From Candidatus Versatilivorator sp. (GTDB taxonomy: Bacteria; Acidobacteriota; Terriglobia; Versatilivoradales; Versatilivoraceae): a DNA stretch of 64,000 nt. The translations under genes and the position numbers were made by a program. The DNA is taken from the NCBI GenBank assembly GCA_965207735.1, contig OZ242296.1, positions 4,128,001 through 4,192,000 on the forward strand, in the 5' to 3' direction. The notes beneath the pieces were generated by a model. That model saw only the letters and a list, made by a program, of their open reading frames with translations, did not search any database and was not told the origin of the DNA. Shown here one piece after another: positions 30,535-39,442 of this stretch. Numbering within the stretch: the first letter of the stretch is position 1; every line of letters starts with the position of its first letter.

Positions 30535-31395
30535 ATGGGCAGGAACCGATGGAATTTGCCCGACCTGGGGTTCGGAATCGGTCTCCGCACCGTCCACTAC
30601 AGCTACATTCTCGCCAACCACCCTCCCATCGACTGGTTCGAAATCCTGTCGGAGAACTACATGGATACGGGAGGACGGCCGCTTTACGTGCTGGACCAGG
30701 TGGCGGAACGCTACCCGGTCGTGCTCCACGGCGTTTCCATGTCGGTGGGAAGCACCGACCCCTTGAACCTGGATTATCTGAAGAAACTGAAGGCCTTGGC
30801 CGACCGTACCAGGGCCCACTGGGTCTCCGACCACCTCTGCTGGACCGGCGTGAGCGGCATCAACGTCCATGACCTGCTGCCGATGCCCTACACCGACGAA
30901 TCCCTGCGCTACACCATCGAACGGGTGAAGGCGGTTTCCGAGATCCTGGAGCGCCCCCTGGTGCTGGAGAATCCCTCGACCTACCTGGAGTTCGGGACCT
31001 CGACCTGGAGCGAAGTCGACTTTCTGTCCACCCTGGCCCAGGAGGCCGACTGCGGGATACTTCTGGACGTGAACAACGTCTACGTCAGCTGCTTCAACCA
31101 CGGCCTGGACCCGGACGCCTTCATCGACCGCGTCCCGGCCGACCGTGTGGTTCAGTATCACCTGGCCGGACACACCCACAAGGGAACCCACATTCTGGAC
31201 ACCCACAGCGATTACGTCATCGACGAAGTCTGGTCCCTCTATCGACGCTCCTGCCGGAGAACCGGCGGGGTGGCAACCCTGCTGGAGTGGGACGAGAACA
31301 TTCCCAGCTTCGAGGTGGTTCACGCCGAAGCCTTGAAAGCCCGCCGGCACCGCGGCCTTCCCGAGCCGGACCACAAGAGAGCCTATGGCACCTGA
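30535..31395 (+). CDS. DUF692 family multinuclear non-heme iron oxidative enzyme (MNIO; BufB/MbnB/HvfB-like)
   Basis: HGVSMS, SDHLCW, HDLLP, LENP, LLDVNNVYV, HLAGH, DTH and LLEWD motifs; RBS AGGAGG before ATG 30535. Confidence 0.95.
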   Translation: MGRNRWNLPDLGFGIGLRTVHYSYILANHPPIDWFEILSENYMDTGGRPLYVLDQVAERYPVVLHGVSMSVGSTDPLNLDYLKKLKALADRTRAHWVSDHLCWTGVSGINVHDLLPMPYTDESLRYTIERVKAVSEILERPLVLENPSTYLEFGTSTWSEVDFLSTLAQEADCGILLDVNNVYVSCFNHGLDPDAFIDRVPADRVVQYHLAGHTHKGTHILDTHSDYVIDEVWSLYRRSCRRTGGVATLLEWDENIPSFEVVHAEALKARRHRGLPEPDHKRAYGT

Positions 31396-32224
31396 TCTGG
31401 GCGACACCCAGCAATGGATGCAGGCGGTCATTCTGCATCCGGGCTCCGATCGCGAGGCGGTGGCTTCCCCGAAAGCCCGCAAACTAGTGCCGACAAGCCG
31501 GTTTCCACGCCTGATAAGACCATCCCGTACGCTGGATTCCTTCGACCGAATCGGAATCTACCGCGGCATGTACCTGGCCCGCTTGCAGGAAGCCCTGGAG
31601 GCCGACTTTCCCGGGCTGCTGCATTTTCTGGGTCGGAAGCGCTTCTCCGAGCTGGTCGGGGGCTATGTCGACCGCTATCCCTCCCGGAGCTATACCTTGA
31701 ACCGCCTGGGAGATTATCTGCCCGAATACATCCGGAGCATCCCCGGAATAGTGCGGCAGGACTTCCTCTACGAAATGGCTCGCTTCGAGCTGTTGATGAG
31801 CCGACTGTTCGACGCTGAGGAATCACCGGTCCTCACCCCCGATGCCATCGCCGCGGTACCCCCGGAAAGCTGGGAGACAGCCCGTCTCAAACCCATCGCG
31901 GCTCTTTCGGTGGAGGCGCTTCGCTACCCGGTGGGAGCCTATCTGGAGGCGGTGCGCCAGGGCACGACCTGCCCCAGCACGCGGCGCAAAGACCACTGGG
32001 CAGTGGTTTACCGGCGTCAATACGCGCTCCGTTGGCTGGATCTATCCCGTCCCGCCTACAGGCTTCTGCAGGCTCTGGTCGGCGGCGTTCCGCTCGGAGA
32101 CGCATTGAGCAGCGTCTTGAAAGGGAGGCGCCAGCCGGTTGGAGAGGTGCAGCTCTTCTCCTGGTTCCGCGGCTGGGTGACCGAAGGACTGTTTCAGGCG
32201 GTTGAGCTCGAAGATCCGGCGTAG
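31385..32224 (+). CDS. DUF2063 family MNIO partner protein (BufC/HvfC-like, precursor recognition)
   Basis: RIGIYRGMYLARL.EAL..DFP, F..L...Y...YPS.S..L..LG and ARFE motifs; overlaps the DUF692 stop. Confidence 0.9.
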   Translation: MAPDLGDTQQWMQAVILHPGSDREAVASPKARKLVPTSRFPRLIRPSRTLDSFDRIGIYRGMYLARLQEALEADFPGLLHFLGRKRFSELVGGYVDRYPSRSYTLNRLGDYLPEYIRSIPGIVRQDFLYEMARFELLMSRLFDAEESPVLTPDAIAAVPPESWETARLKPIAALSVEALRYPVGAYLEAVRQGTTCPSTRRKDHWAVVYRRQYALRWLDLSRPAYRLLQALVGGVPLGDALSSVLKGRRQPVGEVQLFSWFRGWVTEGLFQAVELEDPA

Positions 32225-32305
32225 CCCACCTCAGACCGAGGTGCCGGCCCGTGCCAAGCCCCGGCGAAGGCCGACCGGCGAATTGCATTGCCACCCGCTC
32301 ACACC

Positions 32306-32515
32306 ATGGCCAGCGCACTCACCAAGAGCCAGATCGACAAGCTGAAGAAGTTGTCGCAGGAATTCGCGGCGATTGCCAAGGAAGGAAAGACGACGCCTGC
32401 CGCCTCCTCAACCCTGGCCGAGCACACCGAACACCACTCCGAAGCGGCCAAGGTCCTTCCCGCCGGACGGCCAAGCAAGGGTGGTCGGTCCAAGGTCAAA
32501 ACAAAGAATTGCTGA
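32306..32515 (+). CDS. Small Lys-rich hypothetical protein or gene fragment
   Basis: MASALTKSQIDKLKKLSQEF... with GC3-rich, gene-like codons but no clear RBS. Confidence 0.35.
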   Translation: MASALTKSQIDKLKKLSQEFAAIAKEGKTTPAASSTLAEHTEHHSEAAKVLPAGRPSKGGRSKVKTKNC

Positions 32516-32589
32516 TTTCTGATTGTCGATTGGCGAGTGGTGGTGGGATTCCCCTATTGGGGGTGTCTGAAGCCTTACTCGCCCCGCAA

Positions 32590-32837
32590 TCTCCGACTCC
32601 CCCTCAAGGGGGGAGTAATAGGAGCGTCGTATGCTGGCCTCGAGTATCACTCCCCCCTTGAGGGGGAGTCGGAGAGACAAGGGCGGAGCCCGCAGTCGAT
32701 CCGGAGGGGGGCCAACGCGGCGTCCCTTTGGAGAAGCCCGCTGTCGATCCGGAGGGGGGCAAGCGCGGCGCCCCTTGAGTGGCTACCAAGAGGGCGCAGC
32801 CCGCTGTCGAGCCGGAGGGGGGCAGACGCGGCGTCCC
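32590..32837. repeat. REP-like hairpin followed by three 40-bp direct repeats
   Basis: TCTCCGACTCCCCCTCAAGGGGGGAGT and ACTCCCCCCTTGAGGGGGAGTCGGAGA are perfect inverted arms. AGCCCGC.GTCGA.CCGGAGGGGGGC...CGCGGCG.CCC units start at 32687, 32735 and 32798. Confidence 0.88.
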
Positions 32838-32854
32838 GTAAGAGAAATCGCGGA

Positions 32855-33802
32855 CTACAACCCCCGAGAAACCCCACCCTCGAGAGCCCGGCTGACCACG
32901 TCGGCCAGCATCCGGATGAAGCGGGGGTGATCGTTGACCGTCGGAGCCCGGAAAAAGTCCATCTTCCACTTGGCGGCCACCTGCCGAGCCTCGACGTCCA
33001 GGTCGTAGAGAACCTCCACGTGATCGCACACGAATCCGATGGGGGCCAGCAACACACCGGGACACTGTTTTCTGCCCAGGCTCTCGATCACGTCACAGAC
33101 ATCCGGCTCCAGCCAGGGATCCCTCGGCCCGCCGCTGCGGCTCTGGTAGACCAGATCCCATTCCGATATCTCCAAGGCCGAAGCCACCGCCCGGCAGGAC
33201 TCCCGAAGTTGGTCCACATAGGGGCTGTCGAAGCGGCTGGGGACACTGTGAGCCGTAAAGAGCAGCCGCGTCCGGGGCCGGTTTCGGCTCGGAATCCGCT
33301 CCCATTGGCGCCGAATCCGATCGGCGACCGCCCCGACAAAGTCGGGATGGTCGAACCAGGCCTCGCAATAGTCCACCACCGGGGCCGGCCGTCCCAGCTT
33401 TTCCTGCACCGCGATCCTGGCCTCCCGAACCGAGCCCTGATAGCGTCCCCAACTGGCCTCGCCCTGGTGGGGCGCCAGGATGACCCCCACCGCCCGCTGC
33501 ACCCCGTCACCGGCCATCTGTTCCAGAACATCGGCCAGAAGCGGATGCCAGTTGCGCATTCCCACGTAGACCGGGATGCGGGGGCTCTCCCGTTCCAGCA
33601 GGCTCCTGAGCCCATCCGCCTGGCGGAAGGTAAGTTCGTTGAAGGGAGATTGCCCTCCGATCGATTCGTAATGGTGGACCACCTCCTCGATCCGTTCCCG
33701 GGGTACGGGACGCCCGCGCAGGACGTTGTCCAGAAAGGGACGGATCTCATCGCTTCGGGTCGGTCCCCCGAAACCGATCAGCAGAACGGCTTGATCTTTC
33801 AT
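32855..33802 (-). CDS. hemH: Ferrochelatase (proto-/coproporphyrin)
   Basis: LLIGFGGP, IGGQSP, GMRNWHP, FTAHSVP, YQSRSG, WLEP and GFVCDHVEVLYDLD motifs. Confidence 0.96.
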   Translation of the reverse strand: MKDQAVLLIGFGGPTRSDEIRPFLDNVLRGRPVPRERIEEVVHHYESIGGQSPFNELTFRQADGLRSLLERESPRIPVYVGMRNWHPLLADVLEQMAGDGVQRAVGVILAPHQGEASWGRYQGSVREARIAVQEKLGRPAPVVDYCEAWFDHPDFVGAVADRIRRQWERIPSRNRPRTRLLFTAHSVPSRFDSPYVDQLRESCRAVASALEISEWDLVYQSRSGGPRDPWLEPDVCDVIESLGRKQCPGVLLAPIGFVCDHVEVLYDLDVEARQVAAKWKMDFFRAPTVNDHPRFIRMLADVVSRALEGGVSRGL

Positions 33803-33848
33803 GTTGTTATGACAGTCTTCGGGCGCCGGACTACCCGCTCTTTCTTTT

Positions 33849-34065
33849 ACATGGATGGACAGGATACACAGGATTATTTGTAGAGTAGTTTCAGCGTCTT
33901 GAGTTCAACCATCGCCTGTGTTCCAACACAGATTCTCCCAAACCCGTTATCAGGCTCATCGATGCCTTCAAACACGCACCCAATCATCGGGCGAGTCCGC
34001 TTAGGGTGGCTAAGGGTGGCGGCGCGTCTCGTGCCGTTTATCCTGTTTATCCTGTGCATCCATGT
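33849..34065 (-). pseudogene. Internally deleted GxxExxY remnant bounded by 26-bp inverted repeats
   Basis: Arms ACATGGATGGACAGGATACACAGGAT (33849-33874) and ATCCTGTTTATCCTGTGCATCCATGT (34040-34065). Interior reads LSHPKRTRPMIGCVFEGIDEPDNGF/ESVLE/MVELKTLK. Confidence 0.72.
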
Positions 34066-34339
34066 TCAATCAGATAGAAAAACGGTTTAACCGGACAGGA
34101 TCCTAGTTCCCGACAGGTCATGGAGTCAATTGCTTCGCTCACGCCGGTCACCGTCAACCTCAATCTCAAGCGGCGATGGCGTCGGACTGTCGTTTTGGCT
34201 CGCGAGCGGATAAGCTTCATGGGACATTCACGGGTATTCGGCGACCCTGCCGGGCTCCGGACTTGTATCAAAGGTTCAGGGCTTTTGGAAACTGGAAAGG
34301 CCGAGGAATTTCGAGAACCGACGCGGGAGGATTTTCATT

Positions 34340-34741
34340 ATGGAACCGACTCAAGACAGGGTGCAGCGAGGGTTCGAGCAGTTTGTGGAAATGGCCGGAG
34401 CAGACAGAGCCCGCCAGCTGCGGGACGTGTGGGGGGAAATTTCGCCCGACTTCCAGCAGTTCGTATTGGGAGTGCTGGCCGGAGAGGTCTGGACGCGGTC
34501 CCAGCTCGACCGGCGCACACGAAGCCTGGTCACCATTGCAGGCCTGACTGCCCTGGGGAGAAGCCGGGCGCTGGAGCTCAACGTGGAGATGGCCCTGGGC
34601 AACGGCGCCACCCGAGAGGAGATTCGGGAGACCATGCTGCAAATGGCCTTCTATGCGGGCTTCCCCTCCGCTTGGGAAGGACTGCAATCCGCCGAGGAGA
34701 TCTTCCGCAGAACCGATCGGCCCGACCGGGAAATCGTGTGA
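34340..34741 (+). CDS. Carboxymuconolactone decarboxylase (CMD/AhpD-like) family protein
   Basis: GEVWTRSQLDRRTRSLVTIA, ALGNGAT.EEI.E and YAGFP motifs; RBS GGAGG. Confidence 0.92.
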   Translation: MEPTQDRVQRGFEQFVEMAGADRARQLRDVWGEISPDFQQFVLGVLAGEVWTRSQLDRRTRSLVTIAGLTALGRSRALELNVEMALGNGATREEIRETMLQMAFYAGFPSAWEGLQSAEEIFRRTDRPDREIV

Positions 34742-34863
34742 TCCGCCGCTGTGAAGGCGTGGACTACGTCACCCGGGAACTGTCCATCCGGCTGGTGGCG
34801 GACGAAGAGATGCACCGAACGCTCTTCGAGGGATTCCTGAAGGAATACCGCAACACCCGCTGA
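34732..34863 (+). pseudogene. 3' fragment of a ferritin-like (DpsL/bacterioferritin-type) gene
   Basis: NRVIRRCEGVDYVTRELSIRLVADEEMHRTLFEGFLKEY*, the last helix with D..T and DEExH motifs. No 5' part is present. Confidence 0.65.
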
Positions 34864-34868
34864 GCCCA

Positions 34869-35885
34869 CTAGCGCCTGGCGCTACCCGCGCCGGCGCTCA
34901 GCTCTGCAACCAGGCGTTCCATGCGGAGACGGCTGTCGGGACTGGACCGTTTGATCCCGTCGTCGATGGATGCCAATCGGTCGATGGCCGTGAGCAGGGC
35001 TTGGCGGCGAAAACGTTTGGCAGGGCCCAGCAGCCGTTTCAGGAAGTAGGGATTGGCCCCGACCTGACGGGCCATTTCCCCCAGGCTCATGGTTGGCGGG
35101 ATCTCCTGGATTTGAAGCAGGCTGCGCAGCCGCCGCCCCAGCAGCGTGACCATTGACAGCATTTCGGCCGGCTGAGTCGACAATTCGCAGCACAGCCGCA
35201 GGGCTTGGCGGCGATCCTGGGCCAAAACCGCATCCAGAAAGTCGAAAACGGTGTGGTCCCGGCAATATCCAGCCGACTCCTGAACCATTTCCAGCGTGAC
35301 GGTCTTCCCCTCCCCGGCAAGCAGGGCCAGCTTCTCTACTTCCAGATGCACCCGGCCCAAATCGGTCCCCTGGAGTTCTACCAGGCACTCCACCGCCTCT
35401 TCCTGGATGCCGTGGCCCCGCTTGCCCAGAGCCTTGGCGATCCAGCTTCGGGTCTGGGCCTCATTCAGGAGGGCAAGGTCGACCATCCGACTGCCCGCCT
35501 GCAGCGTCTTGAAAATTTTTTTTCTGCGGTCGTCGCGGCTCAGTTCTCCCGCCAGGAACACCAGGACGGTAGCCGGGCTGGGACGGCCCAGGTAGTCGGC
35601 CAGTTCCCTGACTTGCCGGTCTCGCAGCTTCATGACTCCCCGGATATGCATGACCTGCCTGGGCGCAAACAGCGAGGGGGTCGCGGCCGAGGCCAGCAGC
35701 TCATCCAGCCGGGTCTGGTCCAGATCGACACTCGAAGTTGGCGGTTCGCCCCCCCAAGCCTTGGTCAAGGCGTCCATGAGCGCCTTTCTGGCCGCATCTC
35801 TCAGGTAGGCGTCGGGACCGAAAATGAAATAAGCCGGACTGAACTCTCCTTTGCGGAGGTGTGCCTGGAACTGGGAAAAGGACAT
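34869..35885 (-). CDS. holA: DNA polymerase III delta subunit
   Basis: PAYFIFGPD, TPSLFAPR, EVEKLAL and VFDFLDA motifs; leuS-lptE-holA synteny. Confidence 0.92.
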   Translation of the reverse strand: MSFSQFQAHLRKGEFSPAYFIFGPDAYLRDAARKALMDALTKAWGGEPPTSSVDLDQTRLDELLASAATPSLFAPRQVMHIRGVMKLRDRQVRELADYLGRPSPATVLVFLAGELSRDDRRKKIFKTLQAGSRMVDLALLNEAQTRSWIAKALGKRGHGIQEEAVECLVELQGTDLGRVHLEVEKLALLAGEGKTVTLEMVQESAGYCRDHTVFDFLDAVLAQDRRQALRLCCELSTQPAEMLSMVTLLGRRLRSLLQIQEIPPTMSLGEMARQVGANPYFLKRLLGPAKRFRRQALLTAIDRLASIDDGIKRSSPDSRLRMERLVAELSAGAGSARR

Positions 35886-35890
35886 GGGGG

Positions 35891-36403
35891 TCAGAAGGAT
35901 TCCAGGATGGTGCTCACCAGATCCCGCGAAAAAGCCTCGGCCAGCCGATCCAGAGCGGGCCCTTCCTCGGGGAAAAAGTCCTGGGAGGACCGACTGATCT
36001 CGAACTCTTCCCGGAAGAAATAGTTTCGATTCTCGAAAAGAAGCTTCTTGGACTTGGAGTCCGTCAGCTCGACATGCAGGCGCACCGTCACCAGAAAGGT
36101 GGACCCCGCCCTGCCCGAGAAGATCACCGGCGTCGAGGTGAAACCGGTGACAACGCCGGTCAGAACGGCTGTGGCCGAAGCAGGGTTAGAGGAAATACGG
36201 TACCGGGTGCGTGAAGTCAACTCATCCACCACTGCCGAGGTCAGGCGCTGCTCCAACCGGTACTTGGTCGTCCGATTGGTGAAAATGGGAACGGCGATGG
36301 AGTCGACGGACTCGGGGATGGCCGTGGCTTTCCCGGCCAGGCGGTACCCGCAGCCGGCAGCCAGCAGGCCGCTCAGCAGCCATACGGCCAGCCCCGGAAA
36401 CAT
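35891..36403 (-). CDS. lptE: LptE-family LPS assembly lipoprotein
   Basis: Lipobox LAAGCGY; IAVPIFTNRT; lies between leuS and holA. Confidence 0.82.
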   Translation of the reverse strand: MFPGLAVWLLSGLLAAGCGYRLAGKATAIPESVDSIAVPIFTNRTTKYRLEQRLTSAVVDELTSRTRYRISSNPASATAVLTGVVTGFTSTPVIFSGRAGSTFLVTVRLHVELTDSKSKKLLFENRNYFFREEFEISRSSQDFFPEEGPALDRLAEAFSRDLVSTILESF

Positions 36404-36446
36404 CTTGGCGGGCGCGCGCCCGGATGTCTGCCGAGCCCGTTGCCCC

Positions 36447-39056
36447 TCAGACCACGATATTGACCAGTTTTCCCGGAACATAAATCAGCCGTTTTGGGGT
36501 TTTGCCGTTCAAGTGGCGCTGCACCGACTCCTGGCTCAAAGCCGCCTCCCGAGCCTGTGCTTCGGTAAGGTCGACCGGAAGGTTCAGTCGCCCCCGGACC
36601 TTGCCGTTGACCTGAAGCACCAGCGTGATTTCCTCCTCGGCCGCCAGCAGGCGGTCGGCCTGGGGCCAGGGCTGCTGGTGGATCGAGTAGGGACGCCCTT
36701 TCAAGGCCCAGAGCTCCTCCGCCATAAAGGGAGCAATCGGCGCCACCATCAGGAGCAGCGCATCGGTGGCCTCTACCCAGGCCTCCCGGCCAACCGGCCG
36801 CTTGACGGCGTCCTGAAGCGCATTGGTGAACTCCATGAGCGACGAAATCACGGTGTTGAAACGAAATCCCTCGATGTCGCTCGATACCTTGAGCAAGGTC
36901 TTGTGCATCCAGCGGCGCAGATCCCGGTCCGGCTTCCGGGTCCGCGAGGAGGAAGGCTCCTGGGGGGGCGGTCGCAAAATCACCTCCCAGGCTCGGCGCA
37001 GCCAACGAAAGGTACCTGAGAGACCGTTGGTGTTCCAGGGCGTGGACATTTCGAAATCGCTGATGAACATCTCGTAGGCGCGCAAGGCGTCGGCGCCCCA
37101 GGCTTCCACCATTTCGTCCGGTGTGATGACGTTCCCCCGGCTCTTGGACATCTTTTCTCCGTCCTGACCCAAAATCATCCCCTGATTCCGCAGGGACTTG
37201 AAGGGCTCGGCAAAGGGCAGGTGGCCCAGGTCGTAGAGCGCCTTGGTCCAGAAGCGGGCGTATAGCAGGTGCATGACCGCGTGCTCTGCTCCTCCCACGT
37301 ACACGTCCACCGGCAGCCAGTAGTCCACTTCCTTGCGATCGAAGGCGGCCCGAGCATCGCGGGGACTCACGAAGCGCAGAAAGTACCAGGAGGAGCAGGC
37401 GAATGTTCCCATGGTGTCGGTCTCACGGCGTCCCCGGATGCCTCCGGGCAGGGATACCTGGACGAACTCGGAAATGGCTGCCAGGGGCGACTCTCCGCTG
37501 CCGGTGGGCTCGTAGTGGCGAACCTCCGGCAGCCGCACCGGAAGATCGGCCGAAGCCACGGGCACCTCGCCGTCGGAGGTGTGAACGACGGGAATCGGGG
37601 TGCCCCAGTAGCGCTGGCGGCTGATCCCCCAATCGCGCAGCTTGTAATGGACGCTGGACCTGCCCCTACCGGACTTCTCCAACCAGTCGGTGACCCTGTC
37701 GACGGCCTGGCTGGTGGGGGTGCCGTCGAAGGAGCCGGACCGGCTCATGACCCCCTCACCAGTCCAGGCCTCCTCCATGGTGTCGGAACGCAGCGGTTCA
37801 TCCCGCCCTGCGGGTTGGATCACCACCCGGATCTCCAGGCCGTGCTGTCGGGCGAACTCGAAGTCTCTCTGGTCGTGGGCCGGGACCGCCATGATGGCGC
37901 CGGTTCCATACCCCATCAGCACATAATCCGCCACCCAGATCGGGATCGCTTCACCGTTGACCGGATTGGTGGCACGGGATCCCAGGAACACGCCCGTCTT
38001 GGCCCGTCCCTGGGCCGTACGATCCAGATCGCTCTTGCCCTGGACCTGCTGCAGATAGGTATCGACCTCTCGAGCCGAGGAGGGGGTGGTGAGGGCGGGC
38101 ACCAGAGGATGCTCCGGCGCCAGCACCATAAAAGTAGCTCCCCAAAGCGTATCGGGGCGGGTGGTGAACACCTTCAATGGCCCGGCGGCGGTGGAAAAAC
38201 CGACTTCGGCCCCCCGACTGCGTCCGATCCAGTTGCGCTGCATCAGCTTGATGCTCTCCGGCCAGTCCAGGCCCTCCAGGTCGGCCAACAGCCGGTCGGC
38301 GTAGGCCGTGATTCGAAAGAACCACTGCATCAGCCGTTTCTTCTCGACCAACGCCCCGCTTCGCCAGCCGCGCCCGTCCACCACCTCTTCGTTGGCCAGC
38401 ACTGTCTTTTCCACCGGGTCCCAGTTCACCGTGGATGCCCCGCGATAGGCCAGCCGATAGTGGCTCAGATAGTCCTTTCTCTCCGTGACCGGCAATTGCC
38501 TCCAGGCCTCGGCGGTCATGGCCGGCGCTCCGGAAATGCCACCGCTGCCGCGGGTCGCCAGTTCCTCCTCCAGGCCGGAGATGGGACAGGCCTTCTGCAG
38601 CCGCGGGTCGTACCAGGAATGGTAGAGCTGCAGAAAAACCCACTGAGTCCAACGATAGTATTCGGGCTGGGAGGAGTTGATCTCCCGGCTCCAGTCGAAG
38701 GAGATGCCCAGCAGCCGCATCTGCCGCTTGTAGTTGGCGGCAAAGCGGGCGATGAGCTTTGCCGGGTTGGTCTTCTGACGGATAGCCGCGTTTTCCGCGG
38801 GAAGACCGAAGGCATCCCAACCCATGGGATGGAGCACGTTCTCGCCCCGCATGCGGTAGTAGCGGCTCAACACGTCGGTGGGAACGTAGTTCCGGCAGTG
38901 GCCCACGCTGAGTCCGTCCCCCGAAGGATAGGGAAAGAAATCCAGCACGTACCTCTTGGGACGACCGTCGGCCGGAGCGGTCCGATAGAGCCCGTCCCGT
39001 TCCCAGCGGTCGGCCCACTTGGCTTCTATTCGGTCGGGAGTATATTTAGCCCGCAT
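36447..39056 (-). CDS. leuS: Leucyl-tRNA synthetase
   Basis: FPYPSG, MGWDAFGLPAENAA, editing motifs FTTRPDT and GTGAIMAVPAHDQRD, SRQRYWG, KMSKS. Confidence 0.98.
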   Translation of the reverse strand: MRAKYTPDRIEAKWADRWERDGLYRTAPADGRPKRYVLDFFPYPSGDGLSVGHCRNYVPTDVLSRYYRMRGENVLHPMGWDAFGLPAENAAIRQKTNPAKLIARFAANYKRQMRLLGISFDWSREINSSQPEYYRWTQWVFLQLYHSWYDPRLQKACPISGLEEELATRGSGGISGAPAMTAEAWRQLPVTERKDYLSHYRLAYRGASTVNWDPVEKTVLANEEVVDGRGWRSGALVEKKRLMQWFFRITAYADRLLADLEGLDWPESIKLMQRNWIGRSRGAEVGFSTAAGPLKVFTTRPDTLWGATFMVLAPEHPLVPALTTPSSAREVDTYLQQVQGKSDLDRTAQGRAKTGVFLGSRATNPVNGEAIPIWVADYVLMGYGTGAIMAVPAHDQRDFEFARQHGLEIRVVIQPAGRDEPLRSDTMEEAWTGEGVMSRSGSFDGTPTSQAVDRVTDWLEKSGRGRSSVHYKLRDWGISRQRYWGTPIPVVHTSDGEVPVASADLPVRLPEVRHYEPTGSGESPLAAISEFVQVSLPGGIRGRRETDTMGTFACSSWYFLRFVSPRDARAAFDRKEVDYWLPVDVYVGGAEHAVMHLLYARFWTKALYDLGHLPFAEPFKSLRNQGMILGQDGEKMSKSRGNVITPDEMVEAWGADALRAYEMFISDFEMSTPWNTNGLSGTFRWLRRAWEVILRPPPQEPSSSRTRKPDRDLRRWMHKTLLKVSSDIEGFRFNTVISSLMEFTNALQDAVKRPVGREAWVEATDALLLMVAPIAPFMAEELWALKGRPYSIHQQPWPQADRLLAAEEEITLVLQVNGKVRGRLNLPVDLTEAQAREAALSQESVQRHLNGKTPKRLIYVPGKLVNIVV

Positions 39057-39442
39057 TTCTCACCGGGTCGCCGGGCGCATTGGGAAAGACATTGATTTTC
39101 AGGGCCATGTGGGTGTTGTTTCGAGGACATGCTGACCAGACTGCTCTGAGCGTGCCCTGGATTTTCCTTTTCCCGTGCCCTTGTCACGCCCCGCGGTGAG
39201 AAATGCGGACTCGTGGTGATGATCGCAGGTCACTGAGGGGGGATACGCCTGAAATCCTTCGTCTGGCTTGAGTTTCAGCCGATTCACCAAACCTTCGGCG
39301 ATGTTAGCAAAGGGCCGGAAGAGGGGTCAAGCTCGGGTCCGGCTCCGGGCCGCGCAAAATGGGGTTGCCCACGAGGGTCGAACGTTCCATAATGAGCCAC
39401 CGTTTCCGGTCCGTTAAAACCCTCCAAAAACAGGTGCAGACC

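Noticed and set aside
32687-32837. Three 40-bp direct repeats as a possible CRISPR array
   Set aside because: The gaps are 8 and 23 nt, the repeats are degenerate and G-rich, and there are no cas genes. It fits a REP mosaic better.
32537-33883. 448-aa plus-strand ORF
   Set aside because: It is the antisense shadow of hemH extended through repeat DNA, with no recognisable domain.
34120-34863. 247-aa ORF overlapping the CMD gene
   Set aside because: It is out of frame with the clear CMD gene. Only its last about 43 codons look real (ferritin-like relic, reported separately).
39057-39440. T-box or other leader RNA upstream of leuS
   Set aside because: No T-box consensus or terminator/antiterminator is visible.
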